A DNA stretch of 64,000 nucleotides from Macrostomum lignano (GCA_002269645.1 NIVC01000894.1:124001-188000), one strand, 5' to 3'. Counted from the stretch's first letter, positions 1 through 14,600 are shown. Notes: generated by a model not told the origin, from the letters alone. Program-made: numbers and translations.

Positions 1-550
1 TGAAGTTTCTGGGAAATGAAGTTTCTGGGAAATGAAGCTTTTGGGAAATGAAGTTTCTTTGAAATGAAGTTTCTTTGAAATGAAGCTTCTGGGAAATGAA
101 GTTTCTGGGAAATGAAGTTTCTGGGAAATGAAGTTTCTAGGAAATGAAGTTTCTGGGAAATGAAGTTTCTGGGAAATGAAGTTTCTGGGAAATGAAGTTT
201 CTGGGAAATGAAGCTTCTGGGAAATGAAGTTTCTGGGAAATGAAGCTTCTGGGAAATGAAGTTTCTAGGAAATGAAGTTTCTGGGAAATGAAGCTTCTGG
301 GAAATGAAGTTTCTGGGAAATGAAGTTTCTGGGAAATGAAGCTTCTGGGAAATGAAGTTTCTGGGAAATGAAGCTTCTGGGAAATGAAGTTTCTGGGAAA
401 TGAAGCTTCTGGGAAATGAAGCTTCTGGGATTTTAAGTTTTGTAGCTATTAAGTTTAGGGGATGTGAAGTTTCGGGGATGTGAAGTTTCGGGGATGTGAA
501 GTTTCGGGGATGTGAAGTTTCGGGGATGTGAAGTTTCGGGGATGTGAAGT
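1..550. repeat. 16-bp minisatellite (TGAAGTTTCTGGGAAA, then variant TGAAGTTTCGGGGATG)
   Basis: Tandem units directly visible at 1-430 and about 464-550. Confidence 0.95.
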
Positions 551-1029
551 CCAAACTCCAACTACCACTCTAAGTGCTCCATGGCTGAGGTTCCGGCAGA
601 GTGCGCCAGGGCTTGCGCTCAGAGGGAATTACAAGTCTACCGCAACAGCATCTGGCACAATTGTGAGAGCGGGTTCAATACTTTTCATTCTCGCCTCAGC
701 ACCCGCCTTTCTCGCCTCTTTCATCGCGGCCCTCGGCGCCAGACTGTCTGACTGTCTCGCAGCTGAGTTGTGAAAAAAAACACAAAACTTGAAAAAGCTT
801 TGTCAACTGCTGCATTAAATTTGCCGCTGAAGGGTCCAAATTGTAATGGGGTGTGGATGAGTTGTGGACTTACATTGCTTTGTTAGTTAGTTAGTTGGCG
901 GGTTTGCTGTTAAGAGAATATTATTAGCAAACCCAGGTAGTAATTATAGGTTTATACACGTAATGCTAATGAAATTACTTAAAATGCACTAGAAAGTGCG
1001 TCTTAAGAACGAATGATAAGAGATAAAGA

Positions 1030-1925
1030 GGATGGAGAAATGGAGAGAGAGAGAGGGGGGAGAGGGAGAGAGAGGGAGAGGGAGAGAGGGAGAGAGGGAG
1101 AGAGAGAGGGAGAGAAGGAGAGAAGGAGAGAGGGAGAGTGGGAGAGGGAAGAGGGAGAAAGGGAGAGGGAGAGAGTGAGAGAGGGCGAAAGGGAGAGAGG
1201 GGGAGAGGGAGAAAGGGAGAGAGGGAGAAAGGGAGAGAGGGAGAGAGGGAGAGAGGGAGAGAGGGAGAGAGAGAGGGAGAGAAGGAGAGAAGGAGAGAGG
1301 GAGAGTGGGAGAGGGAAGAGGGAGAAAGGGAGAGGGAGAGAGTGAGAGAGGGCGAAAGGGAGAGAGGGAGAGAGGGAGAAAGGGAGAGAGGGAGAGAGGG
1401 AGAGAGGGAGAGAGGGAGAGAGGGAGAGAGAGAGAAGGAGAGAAGGAGAGAAGGAGAGAGGGAGAGTGGGAGAAAGGGAGAGAGGGAGAGAGGGAGTGAG
1501 GGAGAGAGGGAGAGAGGGAGAGAGAGAGAGGGAGAGAAGGAGAGAAGGAGAGAGGGAGAGTGGGAGAAAGGGAGAGAGGGAGAGTGGGAGAGAGGGAGAG
1601 AGGGAGAGAGAGAGAGGGAGAGAAGGAGAGAAGGAGAGAAGGAGAGAGGGAGAGTGGGAGAAAGGAGAGAGGGAGAGAGGGAGTGAGGGAGAGAGGGAGA
1701 GAGGGAGAGAGAGAGAGGGAGAGAAGGAGAGAAGGAGAGAGGGAGAGTGGGAGAGGGAAGAGGGAGAAAGGGAGAGGAAGAGAGTGAGAGAGGGCGAAAG
1801 GGAGAGAGGGAGAGAGGGAGAAAGGGAGAGAGGGAGAGAGGGAGAGAGGGAGAGAGGGAGAGAGGGAGATGGAGAGAGGGAGATGGAGAGAGGGAGATGG
1901 AGAGAGGAGATGGAGAGAGTGAGAC
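1030..1925. repeat. GA-rich low-complexity/minisatellite tract
   Basis: Almost pure purine tract (GGGAGAGA units); the overlapping ORFs are repeat artefacts. Confidence 0.95.
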
Positions 1926-2749
1926 AGGGAATGTCAGGAGAGGCAAATGTAGGAACATTTCGCGGGATCTAACGGTGAGCAAGATGGTGAGCCAAATGCA
2001 GAGCCACTCACTGAACACAAGAAGCGAGTGGAGCACTGCAGGGAGATTCGCCAAGCAGATAAACAAATGCAACTTTAGCAAAAGAGCCCCTGGAACACGC
2101 GACTGAATTTCGAGAAACCGCTTGAGTAGAAAATAATTTGGCTACACAGGTAATCAGATAAGAGGGCTTACTTTGGAGAAGACATCACTAAATTGACAAG
2201 TCGCTCCAGCTTCCCCTTCTCAAGCCGCCATCTCACGCACAGCCGACTTGAAAATCCCAAACTCCCAAGACTTCCTTCTCCTTCCCATGGGAAGCCAAGG
2301 TGCTCGCGTGCGGCTGTCAAGGGGCCCGCGGGATCGCCTTTTTTTGCGAAACCGCCCAGACTCACGCAACTCATTGAGATCCTCTCCCGTTCTCATTTTG
2401 AGCAATGCAGGTAGGGGGGGGGGGTTTCGAACCCCTCAAATGATTACTTTTTTGTTTAACGGGTGCGTGCGAGGCCCCATGGGCTTTTCTTCCCAGGGGG
2501 ACCCCCGCTGTGTTTTTATGCAACAACCAAATTTAGAATGCCAGCGGAGGTGACTAAGCGGAGGCGATAGAATGTTGCGCAAACTGTATCACAATAGCAG
2601 GGCCCTAATTTAAGGCCTGAAAATTTGCGTGATCATTCATTTCTGAACTGTGCCAGTTTAACCTGTGTATTCAGGGGTTTTCTTGCTGTTGCATGCTGTG
2701 CGGCTTTACTCCCCATTCTCACTCTCTAGAGTTGTCTCGCCCATGCTAC

Positions 2750-3996
2750 CTCTCCACCTGTGCCTCCCTCTCTCCACCTGTGCCTCCCTCTCCACCTGTG
2801 CCTCCCTCTCTCCACCTGTGCCTCCCTCTCTCCACCTGTGCCTCCCTCTCTCCACCTGTGCCTCCCTCTCTCCACCTGTGCCTCCCTCTCTCCACCTGTG
2901 CCTCCCTCTCTCCACCTGTGCCTCCCTCTCCACCTGTGCCTCCCTCTCTCTAACTGTGCCTTCCTCTCCACCTGTGCCTTCCTCTCCACCTGTGCCTCCC
3001 TCTCCACCTGTGCCTCCCTCTCCACCTGTGCCTCCCTCTCCACCTGTGCCTCCCTCTCCACCTGTGCCTCCCTCTCCACCTGTGCCTCCCTCTCTCCACC
3101 TGTGCCTCCCTCTCTCCACCTGTGCCTCCCTCTCTCCACCTGTGCCTCCCTCTCTCCACCTGTGCCTCCCTCTCTCCACCTGTGCCTCCCTCTCTTCACC
3201 TGTGCCTCCCTCTCCACCTGTGCCTCCCTCTCTAACTGTGCCTTCCTCTCCACCTGTGCCTTCCTCTCCACCTGTGCCTCCCTCTCCACCTGTGCCTCCC
3301 TCTCCACCTGTGCCTCCCTCTCCACCTGTGCCTCCCTCTCCACCTGTGCCTCCCTCTCTCCACCTGTGCCTCCCTCTCTCCACCTGTGCCTCCCTCTCTC
3401 CACCTGTGCCTCCCTCTCTCCACCTGTGCCTCCCTCTCTCCACCTGTGCCTCCCTCTCTCCACCTGTGCCTCCCTCTCTCCACCTGTGCCTCCCTCTCTC
3501 CACCTGTGCCTCCCTCTCTTCACCTGTGCCTCCCTCTCCACCTGTGCCTCCCTCTCTAACTGTGCCTTCCTCTCCACCTGTGCCTTCCTCTCCACCTGTG
3601 CCTCCCTCTCCACCTGTGCCTCCCTCTCCACCTGTGCCTCCCTCTCCACCTGTGCCTCCCTCTCCACCTGTGCCTCCCTCTCTCCACCTGTGCCTCCCTC
3701 TCTCCACCTGTGCCTCCCTCTCTCCACCTGTGCCTCCCTCTCTCCACCTGTGCCTCCCTCTCTCCACCTGTGCCTCCCTCTCTCCACCTGTGCCTCCCTC
3801 TCTCCACCTGTGCCTCCCTCTCTCCACCTGTGCCTCCCTCTCTCCACCTGTGCCTCCCTCTCTCCACCTGTGCCTCCCTCTCTCCACCTGTGCCTCCCTC
3901 TCTCCACCTGTGCCTCCCTCTCTCCACCTGTGCCTCCCTCTCTCCACCTGTGCCTCCCTCTCTCCACCTGTGCCTCCCTCTCTCCACCTGTGCCTC
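2750..3996. repeat. 18/20-bp minisatellite CTCCACCTGTGCCTCCCTCT(CT) with higher-order blocks
   Basis: Tandem units; the variant TCTAACTGTGCCTTCC recurs near 2950, 3232 and 3556. Confidence 0.95.
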
Positions 3997-5388
3997 TTTC
4001 TCCATCTCTACCTTCCTCTCTTTGTCTCTACCTCCCTTCCCATCTCTACCTGACTCTTCACCCCCCTCTTCATCTCTACCTACCTCTCCATCTCTACCTA
4101 CCTCTCCATCTCTACCTACCTCTCTCCATCTCTACCTGCCTCTCCATCTCTACCTGCCTCGTCCCTCCTTCTCTTCCTCTCAGTCTCATCCGCCACTCTC
4201 CAGCTACCCTCTCGCTCAGAAAAAATGCCCCCTGCATCATGCAATTGCCTTCCAAACAACGTTCGTATCAGTCAAACAAGGAAATTCAGTCAGTCAGTGA
4301 GACAGTCGCCAGCGGCCCACACTTCAGAATTCCGAGATCATATTTCTGAAAACAGTAATCTAAAAATCTGGGACAAAAGCATCCGCATCCAGTCAGTTAT
4401 CGAATTCTTCAAGTAATCGGCAGCTGTTTCGACTTTAAGTGTCAGTCCGATGCAGCCATCAATGACCCGGGCCAGTTGTTACCCCCCAATGCCGCATTGG
4501 AGTCTCTGTCTAAGGCTATCTCGATTCAGCATCAAGTAGAACATTGCTTTTCACTCAATTTCTTTGCGCATATATCTGTCTCCGGTTATCTCTTGTGCAG
4601 TAGACAATGCCAAAACAGCCTGGGGCCTTTAGGGCAGAGGAAGCCAAATATCCATAGCTGGGGCAGAAATGCTGACTGACCAAGTGGTGGGGGTAGGGAA
4701 GGCTATCAAATGAATTATATCCTTCATCTGGCCTGTCAGCTTGCTTTTATCTTCTGTAGGGCGCGCCGCGCAGAAGCAGACGGAGAGACAGAGGCATACG
4801 GATGCAGACCTCGTCTCGCCTCTCAGCACCTCAGGAATTGGGAGAGCGAGAGAGAGAGAGAGGGGTAGAGGAGGGGGGAGCAAAAAGAAAAATGTGGAAC
4901 ACATTGCGGAAGAAAGGCGCATATTTTCTCCAAGAAATAAGCGGCGGACCAAAACACCTTGACGGCTATCGATTTCAAGTAACGTCTGTTGTTTGATGCA
5001 TTGATTCGTGGAGATTGGAGTCACGACTTTCTTGCGTCACGACTCCTCGTTCGATTCCGTTCGCAGAGAATGTACACTCCCAATGATCACAAAGTCAGAA
5101 TGTATTTTTGCGTACAATAATGTTGAGGTTGAATGTGCTAAGGAGTCAGCGAAATGACCAGAATTTCGTGAGAGCCAATTGTGGACCCATGTCGCCGAAG
5201 GCGTGGCGTTATATGATGCTTTAATCCTAATGCCTTTTTAGAATAGTGGATGGTTAAACTTTTAATCAGATTTCCAACTTGAACTTTTCACCCTTATTCT
5301 GCCCACTCCACACTTGAGTTTTGTTCTGCTTTACTTTGTAATTGTCAGGCGTTCTAGGAAACCTTTAAAACCCCAAACAATTCCCCAG

Positions 5389-5595
5389 ATCCAGTAGCGA
5401 GCAGCCCGGAACCGACAACCAGCGTGTCCACTTCGACCAGCCCATTCACCACTCCCGCAACTTCGGTGACGTCATCAGCGTCTCTTGGTACCGGCAGAAC
5501 TTCCGAGCAGTCAACAACAACTCAGTCGAATGGAAGAACAGACGATGACGAAGCCCAGGCTGTCACTACGGGACAGAAAAAACCGGAAGGCGCAG
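5389..5595 (+). CDS. Ser/Thr-rich (mucin-like) internal exon of a probable GPI-anchored surface protein
   Basis: TTCCCCAG acceptor and G|GTGAG donor, phase 1-1; reads PVASSPEPTTSVSTSTSPFTTPATSVTSS...KKPEGA; in phase with the terminal exon at 11488. Confidence 0.5.
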
Positions 5596-5850
5596 GTGAG
5601 CGATGACCTGGTATTTTAACTCTCTTTCACTCATCCAGCCTCCCAGATGCAGATGGCGGCTACTGCTGACACAGGTGGGCGCAAAAACCCACGGAAGCTC
5701 CAAGGCAGCATCGCGTGTTGTTGTCATACAAAACAGTAAAATTTTATTGTGCACAAAATTCCGTTGCGGAAAATGTGAAACGATTAATTGAATTAGGCTT
5801 GTTGCTGTGGGGATCTGCAGGGTGTTAAATGAATGGCTGGCGATCAGAGT

Positions 5851-6045
5851 TTTTTATTAGAGGCGGAGGGTTCTGTGCACACCCTGGCGCCCTTTCAGTA
5901 ACATTGCAACACAACCAGCGAGAGGCATTACTGCCCATTCCGCCGACTCCCCTGAGCAGGCACACAAGCGTGCGGAAACGTACGCAGTCATACGCACACA
6001 CACATACACAGACAGGAGTGTACAGCGGCCCTAACTTTATAGGAG
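5851..6045 (-). mobile_element. SINE-family copy (3' part, minus strand)
   Basis: Reverse complement matches the 3' half of the element at 28532-28888 (CCCTGAGCAGGC, GGCATTACTGCCCATTCCGCCGACT, CCTCTAATAAAAAA tail). Confidence 0.75.
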
Positions 6046-6924
6046 CCTAACGATAGATAGGACATGATAGAATGATAACCAGTATTTGTCTATGGTAAAC
6101 CTTGAGTACACTGAGTATGCTTCTGGAATGTCCCTAGTAGTTTTGACCATAGACATATTGTGCCTGTCACAGCTTCTGCTCTGTCCTGCTCATCAACTGG
6201 GCAAATCAACTGTGCTGATTCCATGTAGGTGTGTGCAGCTCCCTTCCACCTTTCCCTTCCACCTTACTACCGTTAGGCATCTGATTTCACAACTTGCTGA
6301 GGTAGAGCGTGCGGAACCATAAAAACCGGCAAATTAATGCCAAGCTGCTTATTGCCAAAGCTTACTCATACTCACTCTTGCTTAGAAGCATGGGGCAGTT
6401 AGGGAGGCGGTTCAAGACTGATTCAAGTGAGACAGTTGCTGATTAAGGCCACCATTTGTTCCTTGACACGTTTTAACCCTAGCAGACAATATTGCCACTG
6501 CCCATCTCTCAGCCTTTCACACTTAAGGGGTACTCGTAGAAGAAGAAAAAAGCAGCACAGGAATTCGCTTTCATTTCCTCTTTTAGGGAAAGGCAGAAGA
6601 GAAAAGACGGAAAGAGGGAATAGAAAATAAGCGAGCGACGTAGCAGGGAAACCACAGCAGGGGGATCGGCTGACCAGAAGGGGATCTTTTTCAAATAGGA
6701 ACCTTCCCTCTGGCTTGACAACAGGTCTTCCTGGCAGCTGACGCGGCCGCCACCCTCCCTTTCTCTCATTTTTGTAAGAAGCACGGACAAGAAAAAGCAA
6801 ACCAAACTCGATTTTTACGCTAAGAATAACTAACACGGCACACCGCATAGGGCTCGGGTCTTGGGCCACCGGTGATGTGAAAGTTACACCGTTATGACCT
6901 GAGAATGAGAGGCACTGGCAACTG

Positions 6925-7223
<299 letters not shown>

Positions 7224-7764
7224 GAACAAATCCTTTAGCACCGTAGACGGACCTGAGAGATCTCTAGCTGCTAAAAGCACGCCTCAGTCAACGGCTCAGG
7301 AAATGGAAGAAAAACAAGCTCTAGTTCAGTCAGAAAACGCAGACGCAAAAGCAGAATTTTTGCTATGCCAGATAAGTTCATGGAAATTTGCTCCCGCATT
7401 CAGAGTGGAATTATTGAAACAATTTCTTTGGAATTCGCCACTGCAAACCGTCTTCGCATTCGACAGGAAATTGAATTCTGCATTATTCAGCTAATGAAAA
7501 CAGAAGCAGAAACAGCCGCTTTTAGTCCTGAGGGGTTCCGCTAAAAAATGCCTCTCTATAGGGCTGCGGAAGTACGCAAATATGGCTCCCATCCTGCACA
7601 TTTTACGCATGGTCTCGAAAGTTTATTTAAATACTGCCAGTTACCAACGTACCCAAGGAGCTGTAGAATAGAGTCCACTGATAATATTGCACAAAGCTGT
7701 ATTGTACTTCTTTCCTAAAAATTGCTTTTATTTTGAATTCTCTTCTTGTCTTATTTTCTCCGCT

Positions 7765-8625
7765 CTCCTATCTCACCCTCTCCTATCTCACCCTCTCCTA
7801 TCTCACCCTCTCCTATCTCACCCTCTCCTATCTCACCCTCTCCTATCTCACTCTCTCCTATCTCACTCTTTCTTATTTCACCTTCCCCTATCCCTCAATC
7901 TCCCATCTCAACCTTCGATCTTATCTCACCCTATCCTATCTCCCTCTTTCCTATCTCACCCTCTCCTATCTCACCCTCTCTTATCTCACCCTCTCTTATC
8001 TCACCCTCTCGTATCTCACCCTCTCCTATCTCACCCTCTCCTATCTCACTCTCTCCTATCTCACTCTTTCTTATTTCACCTTCCCCTATCCCTCAATCTC
8101 CCATCTCAACATTCGATCTTATCTCACCCTATCCTATCTCCCTCTTTCCTATCTCACCCTCTCCTATCTCACCCTCTCCTATCTCATCCTCTCATATCTC
8201 ACCCTCTCATATCTCATCCTCTCATATCTTACCCTCTCCTATCTCACCTTCTCCTATCTCACCCTCTCGTATCTCACCCTCTCCTATCTCAACCTCTCCT
8301 ATCTCACCCTCTCCTATCTCACCTTCTCCTATCTAACCTTCTCATATCTCACCCTCTCCTATCTCACCTTCTCCTATCTCACCCTCTCGTATCTCACCCT
8401 CTCCTATCTCACCCTCTCCTATCTCACTATCTCCTATGTCACCCACTCCTATCTAACCTTCTCCTATCTCACCCTCTCGTATCTCACCCTCTCGTATCTC
8501 ACCCTCTCGTATCTCACCCTCTTCTATCTCACCCTCTCCTATCTCACCCTCTCCTATCTCACCCTCTCCTATCTCACCCTCTCCTATCTCACCCTCTCCT
8601 ATCTAACCTTCTACTATCTCACCAT
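7765..8625. repeat. 15-bp minisatellite CTCCTATCTCACCCT (copy 1; copy 2 at about 16870-17540)
   Basis: Direct observation. Confidence 0.95.
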
Positions 8626-9134
8626 CTCCCCTCTCCTGTCTCACCCCTTTTTCTTACCCATGACTGTTTGATTTTTTTCACAATTAATGTCTCCCTCTCT
8701 CCAGTTCCTGCCGCCTCTAATCTATTCTCTACATCTGCACACAGCAATCTCCCTATAGACAAAAATGTTTTTAACACCCGGCCAACATGATTGAGTCCGG
8801 CTTCTTCTAAAAAGCAGCATTGAATGAATAATTGATGAATTTGCAATTAGTTGGCTAAGTGTTGCTGCTTTCTGCTGCTAAAAAGCAAAATTGCTTGAAA
8901 CTGTACGATCGTACTTAAAATGACAGAACGCTCTAGATTTTATTCTCCGTGAAGGCTCTAAGTGCTTGTCTCTGCCTCTTGTGTTCCTCTTCATCTGATT
9001 GCAGTGGCAACATATTTTGACTTTGACAAGGGCGGCTGAATCTAAAGAGGGGTTGAGAAACCATTCTTAAGCAGATCAAGGATGCATTGTGACCTCTCTG
9101 CTTTTCTAGCACTGGAATTCTGCCAGTCTACTTG

Positions 9135-10100
9135 AGCCTCTCAACTTCTCTCCCACTCTACTTCTCTTTCTACTTCTCTCCCTCTCTACTTCTCTCCCTC
9201 TCTACTTCTCTCCCTCTCTACTTCTCTCCCTCTCTACTTCTCTCCCTCTCTACTTCTCTCCCTCTCTACTTCTCTACTTATCTCCTTCTCTACTTCTCTC
9301 CCTCTCTACTTCTCTACTTCTCTCCTTCTCTACTTCTCTCCCTCTCTACTTCTCTCCCTCTCTACTTCTCTCCCTCTCTACTTCTCTCCCTCTCTACTTC
9401 TCTCCCTCTCTACTTCTCTCCCTCTCTATTTCTCTCCCTCTCTAATTCTCTCCCTCTTCTTCTATCCCTCTCTACTTCTCTACTTATCTCCTTCTCTACT
9501 TCTCTCCCTCTCTACTTCTCTACTTATCTCCTTCTCTACTTCTCTCCCTCTCTACTTCTCTCCCTCTCTACTTCTCTCCCTCTCTACTTCTCTCCCTCTC
9601 TACTTCTCTCCCTCTCTATTTCTCTCCCTCTCTAATTCTCTCCCTCTCTACTTCTCTATTTATCTCCCTCTCTACTTCTCTCCCTCTCTACTTCTCTCCC
9701 TCTCTATTTCTCTCCCTCTCTAATTCTCTCCCTTTATACTTCTCTATTTATCTCCCTCTCTACTTCTCTCCCTCTCTACTTCTCTCCCTTTCTATTTCTC
9801 TCCCTCTCTAATTCTCTCCCTTTATACTTCTCTATTTATCTCCCTCTCTACTTCTCTCTCTTTATACTTCTCTATTTATCTCCTTCTCTACTTCTCTCCC
9901 TCTCTACTTCTCTCCCTCTCTATTTCTCTCCCTCTCTAATTCTCTCTCTTTATACTTCTCTATTTATCTCCCTCTCTACTTCTCTCCCTCTCTACTTCTC
10001 TCCCTCTCTATTTCTCTCCCTCTCTAATTCTCTCCCTTTATACTTCTCTATTTATCTCCTTCTCTACGTATCTCCCTCTCTACTTCTCTCTCTCTACTTC
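9135..10100. repeat. CT-rich minisatellite TCTCTACTTCTCTCCC (copy 1; copy 2 at about 18050-18620)
   Basis: Direct observation. Confidence 0.9.
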
Positions 10101-11095
10101 TCTCCCAAATTCTTCACTTCTTTTTCTACTCTTCCTCTCTGCAGTTCTCCCGTTCTCCACTTTTTTCTCCCTCTGTCCCAAAGGGCATGCAGTCACAGTC
10201 AGAACAGCCCATCAAAACTTGAGCCATTATGTAAACTGACTATTCTAAAGATTATTTCCACTCCAATGTAGATGTCAATCATGAGCTACTAGAATAGCTA
10301 GTCCTTTAACAGAAAAGTTATTCTACGACTTTGCATTGAAATTCAACCAGCAAATTATTCACCTCACACAGCGATCAGGCCTTTGGGGTAAACTTTGTAA
10401 AAAAATTGGCATCTCCACCCAGCTTGTGACGTCATCAAAATCGGAGGCTTGTACAATTATTTTTTCTGCCCAAAAAGCCCCCAGGCGGCTCAGAATGCGG
10501 CTCTGAACCTCGCTATGGGATGTGGGAAGCGTGGGGTTGGGGACACTCAGGTCTAGAACGGATTATCTCCCTTGTGAATCTTCTCTTTTTTTCTGCTAGT
10601 CTTGAGTCTTCAGGTCCGCCGCATCACCCGTGCTTCCTGTTACTCTGCCGCACTCACAAAAGCAGGCTCTGAGTGGGGTTAGCTGGATGAGTAATAACAA
10701 AGTCTTTGACGAGAGCAAAGCGTGCAGCTCTGCCCAGCCTCTCAGTCTGAATGATTGCTCGATCCGCTGACCTCTCGGGTGCTCAGCAATCAACTTTTGT
10801 CCCGCTCGGTAATTTTTACTCGTCATCTCAGCTTGATCATCGGGGCAGTTCCGCTCTGCCCGCTTCCTTTTGGTGGCTTGGGAAGAAAGGGAAGAGATTA
10901 ATGAGGGCTGAGATGTGATGAGGAGTTGGGAAAAATTTCGGGTAGTTTTTTTGTTCTGAGCAATCGTGACTTTTGATCAGTTTGGCTACTCTGCTGCGAT
11001 AATAAAACTGCTGCTTTGCATGAGCATTGGTTTTTTACCAAGAGATTTGCATGGACAGATGGATCCGTTAGTCAGTTAGCCACTAAGACACTAAG

Positions 11096-11464
<369 letters not shown>

Positions 11465-11487
11465 CCCTATCCGCCCTCCCATTGCAG

Positions 11488-11621
11488 ACGCACAACACCC
11501 TGACTACTCCCGCATGAGCAATCTGATCACCGGGTCAGCAGTTGCCATGCCAACCCTGGCCGCAGTCGCCAGCCTGACGTGTCTCAGCCTGCTGCTCATT
11601 ACAACCGAGCATGTTACCTGA
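11488..11621 (+). CDS. Terminal exon with GPI-signal-like hydrophobic C-terminus
   Basis: CCCATTGCAG acceptor, phase 1; (D)AQHPDYSRMSNLITGSAVAMPTLAAVASLTCLSLLLITTEHVT*: small residues, spacer, then hydrophobic tail. Confidence 0.5.
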
Positions 11622-14600
11622 ATCTCCCATTGTTGTGCAGCACCGAGTTTTGTTTGCCTAAAAGTTACGCAATCAAGTATGACATTATTATTGTTTCCCC
11701 AGACTCGTATTGAACCTTGACAAATCGTCACTTTGCTGTCATCCTAATCTTTTTGCGTCCCTTAAAGGGCAGCTCACAAAGGAAAGCTTAACAGATGAGA
11801 GCTTCGCTCTTCACCGCTTAGTTTGCCAGTCCCTGTTCTGTTGCTTTGTCTTTCAATTGCGAATTAGTTTTTTAAATTCAAAAACATAATTAACAACTGT
11901 TTTGGATTGCGAAATTGGCAGATTGTGTCAAGAGATCAATATCTTTGGTAGAAACTTATTTTCTCCTTTTCTCCTTCCATCTTTTGGAACCCACTGTCTA
12001 TCCTTCTGAGCGCTAATTGGCCGGCGCGAAAGTGTACTTAGCAGCTTTCTCTATCCTATCGGGACGGACTGTCTACCCTTCCTCAATTCTAATTGGCCGG
12101 CGCGGGGTGTACTTAGCAGCTTTCTCTTTCCATCCCTGGGAACGAAATCTCTGTCCTTCCTCGATTCTTATTGGCTGAGGTTGGGGTTACTTTAATTGGT
12201 AAGATAAACCCTTTCAACGCCCTCTCTATCCCTCCTCTATGCGAATTGGCTGGCGATTGGTGTGAACATATATTTTTCTTCGCCCACTATCCCTTGCTAC
12301 ACTCTTGAATCGTACAAATTACTATGGGTTTTTGCCCCGAGATATAGGCATAATTTTCTGTTTTTTTTCAGCACCCAATTGACAATACTTTTCAATTAAA
12401 AAATGGGATAGTCCCAGTTTCATTCATAAGATTGTAGAAACACAAGTAGTGGATAACACAGCAATCTGTCAGTTAAGTAATCGAATTAAATTTAAAATAT
12501 ATGTATGCAAATGATTTGTTAATACCCATTTTGTTTCCTTCAAATCTGTCTGCCTCCTTTAAGCAGCTTTCATAGATAAATCCACATTGTTTAGCAATTT
12601 GACGATCATTATTCACATTTTTAATGCAGAACAATCCATTACTACAAACAATGCATTGTCTGTAGGATCGTCAAACAGAAAAACAATGCAAATAATCAGC
12701 GGTCCCAGTGCGTGACAACGATTGTCTGGCGAGCGCCGGTAGGCGCTGGGACCGCTGATTATTTATCCATTCTACAGCTTTATATAGTGGCCATTATAAG
12801 CTGCATCTGCAAGCAAATACAAAAACGTAATGATGTTAAAGTTATTCGCCGAATCAACATGCATGAGATATAATAGAGTGGAATAATCGACATTTTGTTA
12901 AATAACAATTTTTCGTTGCTTGTTCCAAAATATTGGAGTTTGTTTCTAGAGTTACTACTTTCAGCACTGAGAAACAGTTGATTTGTCCTAGTTGGATCAT
13001 TTAGATATTAATGAGAATGCTGTTACATAACCGTTATGTTGAGTATAAAAGTAGAAGTCATGGACAACTCAAGCAGAATTGGGTGCAAAACTCTCGAAAA
13101 TCGTGCAAAATCCTATGAAGCCCGCGTTTTTTCCTTAAACTTTAAAAGGGTAACTTACAGCAATGGCCGAACGCGTAAGTGCTTATGTGCTTATGTATTT
13201 ATAAGTAAACAAATCCAAACAAAAAATTTCTAGCTACTTTACTTTCAGTATAGTAGAGAAGGAAAATATGCTAAATTATAAAAACGGAGATGTACTCGAT
13301 GCTCTACTTAGTATTTTTAATTGGAATTTGGAATCAGTCGCAGCATAGTCAGCACGTATCACATCACATCCCTGAAAAGGAAATCACATGTAAATGTAAA
13401 AGCACTCATCAACGATTCAAGTATTAGTAAGATGAGACACATCGTTTCTTAGAATCGTTTTTGTTGAATGAGTTTCTGAGACAAATCTGGTCTATGGAGT
13501 ACCTACATTGGGAACTTTGCGTACATTTTTTCGGACTTTTTAGCGAAATTTTAACTAACATTTTTATTAGAATCAGATCGAAAAGACTCATTTTTCAGTA
13601 TATTCCAATGCTAAAGCTCGAGATAGTGTTCAGTAGCTTTCTGTTTGAACCATAAGCCAATTTTTAGTAGCTGTTTAATTTTAAAAAATCAGAGATTCAA
13701 ATAGTTTTTATAGTTTTTTGCAGAAGTTAGATTAGAAAACGTGCATATTTCCAAAAACGGCAGCATACTCGTATACTCGTAGCTGCTTTTTAGTGCTTTA
13801 AAATAAAGTCTTCATGTGTAGTAAATATGCTAATTTCCATTATTCCATTTTACCATACCGGTAAAATATAAACAAAATTGAAAATGTCGAGCACTTGGTC
13901 AAGAAATTAGAAGTAGCTATAGTTAAATGGTTATTAATCTATTGTATTTTTTTAGTATTTGTTGAGGCTACACGTCGGTACTGACAATAAGTCAATAGCT
14001 ATCTCTCACCGATGTGATGAAGTTTTTATCACGTGAGTTGAAAAGCAAAAAAAGAGACTAATTACGCTGTACATTTATAGTACATAAAAACAATTTTTTA
14101 TTGACATTTGTTTATCGATTGTTATCGACAATCGCTTTGTTTATTTGCTTTAAATAATACATTTTCGTTGTTTTGGGCTCGTAGGCTGTGAAGCATTCGC
14201 ACAAAGACTACGGCTGGACAAAGATTGAAAATATTAAAAAATTAAATGTTTAAATCAAAATTGAAATTGAAATATTCAATATAAAAAATTTTTTTTTCAT
14301 GTTGTTAATAAAACAAAACGGTGCAAAGAATTGGCAGTTCAATAAATTAACTTGGAATGTCTTCCTTCTTGGGGCACTGTAGGGACTTGGACGTTTGACA
14401 GTTAATTTTGTTGTTTCTTGTAAATAAAAATACAAAAATGACTAATTATGACATAAAAACAGATATATAATGGCCCACAGACTTCGAGTACAGCTTGGAA
14501 TTCCAAAGTGTTTTTGAGAGAATTTTCATACTCCTTTTGGGATTTCAGATACAATTATGATACCCATGCATTTTTGGAATTTGAGATACCACCCGATACC

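Noticed and set aside
528-773. ORF ending in a hydrophobic stretch (SGTIVRAGSILFILASAPAFLASFIAALG), possibly a terminal exon of an upstream gene
   Set aside because: No convincing acceptor or partner exon within the window; a second Cys-containing frame is equally plausible
975-4349. Long ORFs of 180-530 aa (SLSPSLP, EREGER, VPPSLHLC repeats)
   Set aside because: Open in several frames on both strands because the repeat units lack stops; no domain content. The same applies to ORFs over all other arrays
7303-7494. 63 aa ORF MEEKQALVQ... identical in both duplication copies
   Set aside because: Short, no motif or splice support; identity is explained by the recent duplication
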